A stretch of DNA of 64,000 bases from the NCBI GenBank assembly GCA_937876465.1, contig CALEHV010000044.1:9841-73840 (forward strand). The letters run 5' to 3'. Positions 37,360 through 45,218 of this stretch are shown piece after piece. The notes beneath the pieces are model-generated. The model saw only the letters and a program-made list of their open reading frames with translations, searched no databases and was not told the origin of the DNA. The DNA is from an uncultured Bacillota bacterium (GTDB lineage: Bacteria > Bacillota_I > Bacilli_A > RFN20 > CAG-826). Positions within the stretch are counted from its first letter, which is position 1; the number at the start of each line of letters is the position of its first letter. The position numbers and the translations under genes were made by a program.

Positions 37360-38377
37360 TTTAATCGCTTGTCTTTCAACAACCATCTTAGCATTGTCTC
37401 TCACAGCTGGTACCTGTGGGACTTTTGCTTGGTTCACGTATGCGACACGTACCTATGTTGAATACGAGGGCGTAACGATTGGAATGGGTGGTTCAATCCA
37501 ATTAGGCTTTGATCCACATTTAGATCTTACAAACTATGCAAACTATGGTTTAGAAAGAGAAGAATATGAAGGTCGTTATCTTTATTGGTCAAATGGCGAT
37601 GCTGATGAAAATACATTGAATTATATTCTTTCGTCTATGGGCTATGCTACAGATAAAATGAGTCCTGTTTCCAGCGGTTCTTATTCATATGGAGACAGTG
37701 ATTTTTCTTTGCATCGCGCGCCTCGCTTATACGAAGCAATACAACCAGAAGCAGAGAAAAAAGAATACATTTTCTTGCCTATGGTATTTAGAGTAACCGG
37801 AGATTTAGAACCTGATACATATGTTCCAAATCAATCAATCTATCTTTTAACCGCAAATGTTAAGAGTGAAGAGAATATTCGCAAGAGTATCCGCATACAT
37901 ACTTCAAATGCAGACAGCACACACTTAATTAATCCAACTATAGAAACTGATGGATCAATTAAAGTAGGTGGAGCATTAGATTTGAATGGTGATGGATACT
38001 ACGATACTTACGACGAAAATATTAATGTTTATGAGTTTATGTACGGTGAATACGAGGGCGACAAAGTCCATAAAAACACACCGGAAGCTCAAGATTCTGA
38101 CGTTCCTGAAAGCGAACGCACAACATTCTTAGCGCGCCATAAAATGGGTACATATGCGGTAGATGATACATTAAGCACTCCTAAAACTGCAGATTACGAA
38201 GGCTTTAGAAAATTTGCTAAGAAACAAACCCCAATTGCAAAGACCAACGAAGAGACATCAAATTATGCATTCGTTGATTTAACTGCATTTATTGAGGGTT
38301 GGGACTTATCTGTTATTGAAGCCGAAAAGGGCAATCAGTTTAGCCTAGAATTAAAATTTGGAATAGCTGAATTATGA
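37316..38377 (+). CDS. secreted protein with SipW-cognate-type signal peptide, paralogue A (minor fibre component candidate)
   Basis: ..LALSLTAGTCGTFAWFTYA... It shares LDLNGDGYYDTYDEN and C-terminal FIEGWDLS..FSLELKFG with the next ORF. It overlaps the upstream ORF by 44 nt. Confidence 0.6.
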   Translation: MKQTNQAKKHLKKNSLIACLSTTILALSLTAGTCGTFAWFTYATRTYVEYEGVTIGMGGSIQLGFDPHLDLTNYANYGLEREEYEGRYLYWSNGDADENTLNYILSSMGYATDKMSPVSSGSYSYGDSDFSLHRAPRLYEAIQPEAEKKEYIFLPMVFRVTGDLEPDTYVPNQSIYLLTANVKSEENIRKSIRIHTSNADSTHLINPTIETDGSIKVGGALDLNGDGYYDTYDENINVYEFMYGEYEGDKVHKNTPEAQDSDVPESERTTFLARHKMGTYAVDDTLSTPKTADYEGFRKFAKKQTPIAKTNEETSNYAFVDLTAFIEGWDLSVIEAEKGNQFSLELKFGIAEL

Positions 38378-39411
38378 GAAAAAGAACTGTTATTGGAATT
38401 GGTACATGTTTAATTGCGATTGCGTTATCTGCAAGCGTACTTTCAACAGTCGCGTGGTATAACGGTTCATCACACTTACAAATCGAGAACTTTAACATTG
38501 GTTTTTCGTCTAAGGAACTTAAAATTTCTACAGATAACGTAGATTTCAAGGATCGCTTAGGTAAAAACGATTTAAACCAAGTTGATAAGTTCATACCTGT
38601 AAGCAGCATGTTTTCATCATTCTGGTTAAATTCTAAACAGGAACAACCTGTATTTAGAAAAGGCTTTGATGAAGAAGAAGTTAGAAAAACTACTTATACA
38701 TCTATTGATGATTACGCAGTTGCTGAAAGTGGATTCTTGTCACAGGTTCTATATTTGAAAAGTGATACAGATGCATCTGCAACTCTAGACATAGAAAAAA
38801 CCTATGTCCGCCCTAACGAAGATGCAAATAATGATATTGCTAATAAATTAGCAAGTAAATATCCTGAAATGTCTCATGAACAGATTGTTAATAATTTAAA
38901 CAAGATTTCTGATTCATTACGTATGTCAATTCTTGTACTTGATGAGGAACAAGAACATGAATTAGACGATTATGCTTATTACATTATCGATCCACATAAA
39001 AATGGAGACACCCTCTATGGTGGACTTTTAGATAATGATTTAGACGGATATTACGATAATTACGATGGAAAAGAAGTGCTCTTTGGTGAAGCGAATAATG
39101 TTAGTGAGTCTACACTTGTGTACACTGATGAAAAAGCTCACCACGAAGGCAAATCTTATTCTATATTTGAAGCATCAACAAAAGATAATGTAAAACATTT
39201 AGACTTAGGAAAATCTGTTGATGCTGGTTTGCAAATTGCAAAAGAAAATTCTCTCAGTTTAGTTGAGTCTCAAGACATTCGAATCTCCCTTAAGACTAAT
39301 GTATCTAAACGAATTGTCTTCTCCCTTTACTTAGAAGGTTGGGATTTAGACAATACAAATTTATCAATGTATGCGCATTTTTATATGAGCCTTGTGTTCA
39401 AACTTGCGTAA
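38374..39411 (+). CDS. secreted protein with SipW-cognate-type signal peptide, paralogue B
   Basis: ..IAIALSASVLSTVAWYNGS.., LDNDLDGYYDNYDGK and C-terminal YLEGWDLDN..FYMSLVFK; ATGA overlap with the upstream ORF. Confidence 0.6.
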   Translation: MRKRTVIGIGTCLIAIALSASVLSTVAWYNGSSHLQIENFNIGFSSKELKISTDNVDFKDRLGKNDLNQVDKFIPVSSMFSSFWLNSKQEQPVFRKGFDEEEVRKTTYTSIDDYAVAESGFLSQVLYLKSDTDASATLDIEKTYVRPNEDANNDIANKLASKYPEMSHEQIVNNLNKISDSLRMSILVLDEEQEHELDDYAYYIIDPHKNGDTLYGGLLDNDLDGYYDNYDGKEVLFGEANNVSESTLVYTDEKAHHEGKSYSIFEASTKDNVKHLDLGKSVDAGLQIAKENSLSLVESQDIRISLKTNVSKRIVFSLYLEGWDLDNTNLSMYAHFYMSLVFKLA

Positions 39412-39434
39412 GGAGAAAAGGAGGCAAATAAAAT

Positions 39435-40970
39435 ATGGAAGACTATTTCGCATATTTAGGAAAAATGATTGTCCAATTTTTCCAAGATGTTGGACAGTGG
39501 TTTTGTGATTGGGTAGCTTTTAAATATTCAAGACTACCTGGTAATTTCGCCCGTTATGGTGATTATTTTGGTTCATATAGCGGCGGATTTGGCGTTGGAG
39601 GATGGATTATGTTCGTCGTCTTCGCCATTGTATTTGTTGGACTTATAGGAGCGATTTGTTATGGATTGTTCTTGTTGATTCGCAAATATGTTCGTTTCGT
39701 TAAAGGTGAACTCGATAAAGACGCTTTAAAGCTTCAAGTTGAAAGACTTAATTACGAACTCTATCAAATCATGCAAGAAAGAGATCGTATCTTGGATTTA
39801 AAAGTCAAAGCTCTTGGTATTAATACCAAAAAGCCAGCTGGAGAAGAAGGCGAGAAATCTGAAGAAGAAGAAACAGTTGAAGAAATTGCTTCCCGTTTCC
39901 CAAAGCTTACTCATGTTGACCACGAGTATGCTGGTAAGAACATGGAGATTCCAGAAGTTGAAGGCTTAACATTGAGACAATTATGTGAAAATTTTAGAAA
40001 CTTTGCTGCCTCTCAACTTGGTTTGTACTACACAATTACAACTATCCGTCAATTATTTGCCGGTATGGGCGCAGGTAAATTAGTTATTCTCGAAGGTATT
40101 TCTGGTACTGGTAAAACTTCCATGCCATATGCCTTAGGTAAATTCTTTGCTCACGATGCAGAAATCTGTTCAGTTCAACCAAACTGGAAAGATAGATCAG
40201 AACTTCTTGGTTATTACAACGAATTTACTAAGAAATTCAACGAATCTGAATTCTTACGTGCTTTATATACATGTAACTACAGAAGAGACTTTAACCTTAT
40301 CGTTCTCGATGAAATGAACTTGGCTCGTGTTGAATACTACTTTGCTGAATTCCTTTCTGTTTTGGAAATGCCTAACCCAAATGAATGGAACGTTGAAATG
40401 ATTGGTAGCCACGATCCAAACGATCCTAAGTTATTTAAAAACGGTAAACTCAAAATTCCTCAAAACGTTGTCTTCTTCGGAACAGCTAACAACGATGACT
40501 CTACATTTACTATTTCCGATAAAGTTTACGACCGTGCTATTTGTTTGTTCTTTGATAACAAAGGTATTGCTTTTGAAGCACCATACCAAGCACCAATGGT
40601 TATTCCGTTCTCACAAGTCCAAAAACTTTATGATGAAGCAGACGCTAAGTACCAAGTTGATGAAAAGACACTTGCTAAGTTTGCAACTCTTGATGACTTT
40701 GTTATTAAGAAATTCAGACTCGCATTTGGTAACCGTATTTTAAAACAATTGAAAAAATTCGTTCCATGCTTTGTTGCTTGTGGTGGAACAGAATTAGATG
40801 GAATTGACTTCATCTTTACAAATAAAATTCTTAAGAAATTCGAATCTTTAAACATTGGCTTCCTTAAAAACGAACTTAAAGAACTTGACGCAATGCTCAA
40901 TAAATTATTCGGATCAGGAACATTCCCAATGGCTCACAAATTCATCGAAAACATGCTTAGAATGAACTAA
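39435..40970 (+). CDS. membrane-tethered McrB-family (AAA_5-type) AAA+ NTPase
   Basis: An N-terminal TM helix (GGWIMFVVFAIVFVGLIGAICYGLFLLI) and a coiled-coil (LKLQVERLNYELYQIMQERDRILDLK). Walker A is GISGTGKTS (40095-40118) and Walker B IVLDEMNLARVEYYFAEFLSVLE (from 40299). FFGTANNDDSTFTISDKVYDRA is the McrB-clade pattern DEMNLA..VEYYF..GT(A/V)N.D(D/E)(S/T). Strong SD aggagg. Confidence 0.7.
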   Translation: MEDYFAYLGKMIVQFFQDVGQWFCDWVAFKYSRLPGNFARYGDYFGSYSGGFGVGGWIMFVVFAIVFVGLIGAICYGLFLLIRKYVRFVKGELDKDALKLQVERLNYELYQIMQERDRILDLKVKALGINTKKPAGEEGEKSEEEETVEEIASRFPKLTHVDHEYAGKNMEIPEVEGLTLRQLCENFRNFAASQLGLYYTITTIRQLFAGMGAGKLVILEGISGTGKTSMPYALGKFFAHDAEICSVQPNWKDRSELLGYYNEFTKKFNESEFLRALYTCNYRRDFNLIVLDEMNLARVEYYFAEFLSVLEMPNPNEWNVEMIGSHDPNDPKLFKNGKLKIPQNVVFFGTANNDDSTFTISDKVYDRAICLFFDNKGIAFEAPYQAPMVIPFSQVQKLYDEADAKYQVDEKTLAKFATLDDFVIKKFRLAFGNRILKQLKKFVPCFVACGGTELDGIDFIFTNKILKKFESLNIGFLKNELKELDAMLNKLFGSGTFPMAHKFIENMLRMN

Positions 40971-40974
40971 TTTT

Positions 40975-42843
40975 ATGGCTAAGAAATTATCTACTTATCA
41001 AAAATTGCAACGTAGTTACGTAAAGAAAACTAGTTCTTTGTATTCTAAAAACGAAGGCAAAGAAGTTTTCGATATGCTCTCCAAGGGTGAAAACAAATAT
41101 TTAAAACTAAATAGAATGGAAACATCTTCAATGGATATGACATGGATCAAACGTATTGAAGATTGTTTGGGTTCTATTGGAGAAATTGTTCAAAACCCAA
41201 AGAAGACCATTCAAACGTTAACAGAAGTTGTTCAAGTTGAAAAAGTTAAGAAAATTGGAATTGAAACAGTCCAACACCTTTCAAGCCATACTCAATTCAT
41301 TAAGACAGTTGATGAAAACGGAAATGTTACTCCGTCAAAATTATTAAACGTTTTCAATGATGACTACTATGCCATCTACGAAAACAAATTTATTGCTACA
41401 TTATTAAGACATTTAATTGTGTTCGTTGAAAAACGTTACGAATTCGTTATGCAACAAGCAAAAATGACTGATGTCTCTTTGCTTTGGGCTAAGAATCGTA
41501 CTCAAGTAGGCGATGCAGTTATTGAAATTGAAACAAAGGTTCGTTATTCTCAACCAGCTGAACAAGCAGCTGCTGATAAACTCAAAGGTTACATTAAGCA
41601 AATTAAAGATATTAGAAAATATCTCAAATTCTATATGCGAAGTGAATTTATGAATATCTTGAGAAGAGAAAAAGATGTTCGTAATCCAATTTTGCAAACT
41701 AACATTATTCGTAAAAACCCAAAATATCATAAATGTTATTTATTATGGTTATTCATCGAACGTTATAGAGAAGCAGGAATTGAAGCAAAGGTAGAAGAAA
41801 ACTATGCTGATTTAACTAAACAAGAAATTGAAGAATTAAATCAAGTTATGTGTTCTAACTTCTTAGCTTTAAAAGGAAAAGACTTTAAAAAATCTAACAA
41901 GAAACAAAAAGTTTATAAGCCAAAAATCCTTAATACCTATGATGATGTTATCTATAAACCTGCTTATTATGATGGACCGATAGAGTACATTCGTGTGGAT
42001 GATAAATATAGAGAATATAGTGAATCCTTACACGATCTTCCACTTCATCCAACTCGTAAAGTAGCTGAATACGAAGAAGAAAAATACCAAGAGAATAAAG
42101 CCACTAGAGAAAAGACAAAACAAATTGATAGCTTGTTAAAACGTAAAGAAGCTGAAAAAGCAAATTACGAAAAACAAGAAGCTTTAGCTGAGATTAGAGA
42201 AAAAGAAAAAGACGAATACATCAAGGCTAGAGCAGAAAAAGAAATACGTGAAGAAGCAATCGAAAAAGTTGATAAAGCACGTAAAGAATTAATTAAGAAG
42301 GCTAAGAAAACTTCTACAAAGAAAGCCAAACCTGTGGTTAAAAAGGAAGAGCCTAAGAAAGAAGAGGTAAAACCAGAAGTTAAGGTTGAAGAACCTAAAC
42401 CAAAAGTTGAACCTAAGAAAGAAGTTAAGGCAGAACAACCAAAACCAAAGAAGGCTAAACCAAAAGCCGCTCCTAAGAAAGTTAGTAAACCTAAAAAACA
42501 AGTAGAGGAGAAGAAGAGAGAACCAAAACCAGAGGTAAAACCTGAGGTCAAGGTTGAAAAACCAAAGGCAGAGCCAAAGAAGGCTAAACCAAAAGCTGCT
42601 CCTAAGAAAGCAGTCAAGAAGGAAGAGCCTAAAAAAGAAGTTAAGAAGGCTGAACCTAAGAAAGAAGTTAAGGTTGAAAAACCAAAACCAGCTCCTAAGA
42701 AAGTTGTTAAACCAAAAGAACAACCTAAGGAGAAAAAAGTTGAACCTAAAGTACAAGCAAAACCTGTTGTTAAACAAGAAGAACCAAAACAGGTTAAGAA
42801 ACCTTTTGTATTAATTGGAAATTATAGAAACAAGGTGAAATAG
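40975..42843 (+). CDS. McrC/DUF2357-like N-terminal domain protein lacking a recognisable nuclease, with coiled-coil and lysine/proline-rich (histone-H1-like) tail
   Basis: 622 aa with no signal peptide. The N-terminal ~330 aa contain ..VEKVKKIGIETVQHLSSHTQFI..YAIYENKFIATLLRHLIVFVEKRY.., resembling the DUF2357 partner of McrB-like ATPases. Then comes an E/K coiled coil and about 160 aa of KPK/KKE/PKKA repeats. No PD-(D/E)xK motif was found by eye. Confidence 0.45.
   Translation: MAKKLSTYQKLQRSYVKKTSSLYSKNEGKEVFDMLSKGENKYLKLNRMETSSMDMTWIKRIEDCLGSIGEIVQNPKKTIQTLTEVVQVEKVKKIGIETVQHLSSHTQFIKTVDENGNVTPSKLLNVFNDDYYAIYENKFIATLLRHLIVFVEKRYEFVMQQAKMTDVSLLWAKNRTQVGDAVIEIETKVRYSQPAEQAAADKLKGYIKQIKDIRKYLKFYMRSEFMNILRREKDVRNPILQTNIIRKNPKYHKCYLLWLFIERYREAGIEAKVEENYADLTKQEIEELNQVMCSNFLALKGKDFKKSNKKQKVYKPKILNTYDDVIYKPAYYDGPIEYIRVDDKYREYSESLHDLPLHPTRKVAEYEEEKYQENKATREKTKQIDSLLKRKEAEKANYEKQEALAEIREKEKDEYIKARAEKEIREEAIEKVDKARKELIKKAKKTSTKKAKPVVKKEEPKKEEVKPEVKVEEPKPKVEPKKEVKAEQPKPKKAKPKAAPKKVSKPKKQVEEKKREPKPEVKPEVKVEKPKAEPKKAKPKAAPKKAVKKEEPKKEVKKAEPKKEVKVEKPKPAPKKVVKPKEQPKEKKVEPKVQAKPVVKQEEPKQVKKPFVLIGNYRNKVK
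42330..42800 (+). repeat. degenerate in-frame tandem repeats encoding the K/P/E/A/V-rich tail
   Basis: aaggctaaaccaaaagc(c/t)gctcctaagaaag occurs at 42451 and 42580 (129-nt period). The EVKVE(E/K)PKP-coding unit recurs near 42374, 42541 and 42662. Confidence 0.8.
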
Positions 42844-42846
42844 TTG

Positions 42847-43680
42847 ATGGCAAAAAAGCAAAAGAAACCAAAAAGCAAACAACGAAAAATACTTGAGTGG
42901 GTTGCCACTGGTGTCTTTTTAGCTTTAATAGGCACAGTTGCTGGTTTTAGAATTTATCAAGCAGCATCTGGCGATCATGCTATTTTTGGAACTCAGTTTC
43001 CAGTCGTTTTAACAGATTCTATGGAAACCGACTATATGGTCGGCGATGTATTGAAGGTTAAAGCAGTTTCTCCTCAAGAAGTAAAAGAAGCTTTTGATAA
43101 AGGCGAAACTATTGATATTTCATTCAAATGGAATATTGGAACAGCTTCAAAACCAAATATTCAAATGATGACCCATAGAATCATCGATGTAATGTACTTT
43201 GTAAATACAGAAGACAACTACTCTTCTAATTACAAATACAATGCAAATACTTATTCATTTAATAACGATCAATACCATTACACCTTTGTTACTCACGGAA
43301 TCAACAAACATTCTAGCCAAACAAAAGAAGGCGAAGATTTAACAAATCAACTTCAATTTTCAAATGAATCACAATTCGTTGGAAGAGTTACTGGAAAGTC
43401 ACAATTCCTAAGAGTAGCAAACCAAATATTTACATCTGTTTGGACCCTTATCCTTTTAATACTAATTCCTGGATTATATATAGTGATCACCTCTGTTATC
43501 GATTTATTTAAAGCATTTGACGATGACGAGGATACAGAGAAACTTGTTTTAGAAGGCGGTGGAACTACACCCCCTCTAGAAGAGAAGAAGGAAGATCCTT
43601 TAAAAGGGTTAAGCGAAGAAGATAAAGAAAGACTTAAAAAAGAAATGCTTGAAGAACTTTTAAAGAGAGGAAAGAAATAA
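42847..43680 (+). CDS. sipW: archaeal/ER-type signal peptidase I (SipW-like) with C-terminal TM and charged tail
   Basis: An N-terminal TM, the catalytic Ser box VVLTDSMETDYMVGDVLKV (Ser codon 43018-20), the His box MMTHRIIDV, a later FVTHGINK..FVGRV region and a C-terminal TM (VWTLILLILIPGLYIVITSVI). It follows directly after the upstream stop (tag ttg ATG). Confidence 0.7.
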   Translation: MAKKQKKPKSKQRKILEWVATGVFLALIGTVAGFRIYQAASGDHAIFGTQFPVVLTDSMETDYMVGDVLKVKAVSPQEVKEAFDKGETIDISFKWNIGTASKPNIQMMTHRIIDVMYFVNTEDNYSSNYKYNANTYSFNNDQYHYTFVTHGINKHSSQTKEGEDLTNQLQFSNESQFVGRVTGKSQFLRVANQIFTSVWTLILLILIPGLYIVITSVIDLFKAFDDDEDTEKLVLEGGGTTPPLEEKKEDPLKGLSEEDKERLKKEMLEELLKRGKK

Positions 43681-45218
43681 TGCCTACTGTCCGCAAATAT
43701 ACTCGTAAAAGACGTTTAGGTATTGCTTTAGCAGTCATTGTTTGGCTTGCTGTAATAGGTGCTTTTGCAGCCTACCTCATTTTAGATTTGTTCAAAGATA
43801 TAATATGGATAAAAATACTGTTTGCAGTTGTTATCCCTACTGTATCTTTCGGATTACTTGGAATAATTTTAGGTGCAATTCAAAAAAAGAAAGAGCTTGA
43901 AGCTTTGATTGATGATAACGAATATAGATTTGGTAAAGAAACATATTTTTACGACCAAAGTATGTTCATCAAAAAGGTTAATAATTTACGTAAATACAAA
44001 TTTAGAAAACAAGAATGCTATTTAATTACTTTTGTTGTAACTCCAAAGAAGGAATTAAATTCACGCAATCCATATTTCACTCAATTAAATGGCTATATAT
44101 CAGATTACTTTATTGATACTTTCTCAACAAAGAAGATGTTTGGCAAACATAGAGTGGTATATTGCTATGCAAGAGATCATTTCACATTTGCCACATTTAT
44201 GCCTTTAGAAAAAACAATCGAAGTGGTTGATTTAATTAATAGACAAATTTTTGAATTAGTTAAAACTAGAGACATTAAGATTTTCGTTTCTCCTCATTTC
44301 GGTATCGAAAAGATTTCGTGTCCATCATTTAGTAAGGACTATAACCAAGCCTTAGTTGCTCTTAATTACGCAGAACGACATTTTGAAGAATACGCAGTCT
44401 TCTCTAAAGAAATGGTTAAAGAAGCTAACGTTGATGAAATCTTAGAAATTGAAAAAGCTCTTAAAACAAATCAATTTGTTGTTTACTATCAGCCAAAATT
44501 CTCTCTTAAAACAAAAGAGTTTGTTGGAGCCGAAGCTTTAGTTAGATGGAACCATCCTCAAAAAGGAATACTTGGTCCTGGAAAGTTTATTGAAAAAGCC
44601 GAACTTGGTGGTCTTATCCACGATATTGACTTGTATGTCTTTAAAAAAGTTATTTCTGATCTTAAAGAGCAAAAGAAGAATGGCAAGCGCGTATTACCTG
44701 TTTCGACAAACTTCTCGCTATATGAATTTTATTTCCCTAACTTTATTGATGATTTAATTAAATTAGTTTATGACGCAAATATTCAAATTAATTTGCTTGA
44801 AATAGAAATTACAGAAACAACATCTCAAGCATCCACTCTATTAGCTGTTGGTATTTTAAAGAAGTTAAAAGATTATGGCTTTAGAATCTCAATGGATGAT
44901 TTCGGTAGCGGATTTTCTAACCTTTTAGAGTTAAATACACTTCCGATTGATACATTAAAAATTGATAAATCCTTCATAGACGGAATAGCAAGCGATAGAA
45001 AGACAGCAGAAATTGTTAAATACATTATCGCTATGTGTAAGGCAAATGGCCTTGAATCAATTGCTGAAGGGGTTGACTCAAAACAAAAAGTTGACATCTT
45101 ATCGAAGGCTAACTGTGATGTTGTCCAAGGATTTTACTATGCGCAACCAATGCCATTAGATAAATATTTAGAATTTCTTGAAGATAATGACTTTGAGAAG
45201 AAAGGAAACAAAAAATGA
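43680..45218 (+). CDS. membrane-bound degenerate-GGDEF / intact EAL protein (predicted c-di-GMP phosphodiesterase)
   Basis: Two N-terminal TM helices. All EAL-domain catalytic motifs are present: YQPKF..GAEALVRW (EAL codons 44532-40), STNFS, EIEITET, MDDFGSGFSNL, LKIDKSF, AEGVD and VQGFYYAQP. The GGDEF position reads ARDHF. TAATG overlap with sipW. Confidence 0.8.
   Translation: MPTVRKYTRKRRLGIALAVIVWLAVIGAFAAYLILDLFKDIIWIKILFAVVIPTVSFGLLGIILGAIQKKKELEALIDDNEYRFGKETYFYDQSMFIKKVNNLRKYKFRKQECYLITFVVTPKKELNSRNPYFTQLNGYISDYFIDTFSTKKMFGKHRVVYCYARDHFTFATFMPLEKTIEVVDLINRQIFELVKTRDIKIFVSPHFGIEKISCPSFSKDYNQALVALNYAERHFEEYAVFSKEMVKEANVDEILEIEKALKTNQFVVYYQPKFSLKTKEFVGAEALVRWNHPQKGILGPGKFIEKAELGGLIHDIDLYVFKKVISDLKEQKKNGKRVLPVSTNFSLYEFYFPNFIDDLIKLVYDANIQINLLEIEITETTSQASTLLAVGILKKLKDYGFRISMDDFGSGFSNLLELNTLPIDTLKIDKSFIDGIASDRKTAEIVKYIIAMCKANGLESIAEGVDSKQKVDILSKANCDVVQGFYYAQPMPLDKYLEFLEDNDFEKKGNKK

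Noticed and set aside
42330-42800. Repeat array as CRISPR or other non-coding tandem repeat
   Set aside because: The repeats are in-frame, degenerate and inside a continuous ORF. There are no unique spacers of uniform length and no cas genes.
42165-42814. Three long track ORFs (42165-42617 minus, 42289-42777 minus, 42554-42814 plus) inside the lysine-rich tail region
   Set aside because: They are alternative-frame or antisense readings of the AAG/AAA/CCA-rich repeat. They have compositionally absurd translations (F/L/S- or R/L/N-rich) and no start-site signals. The sense frame continues a well-supported 622-aa ORF.
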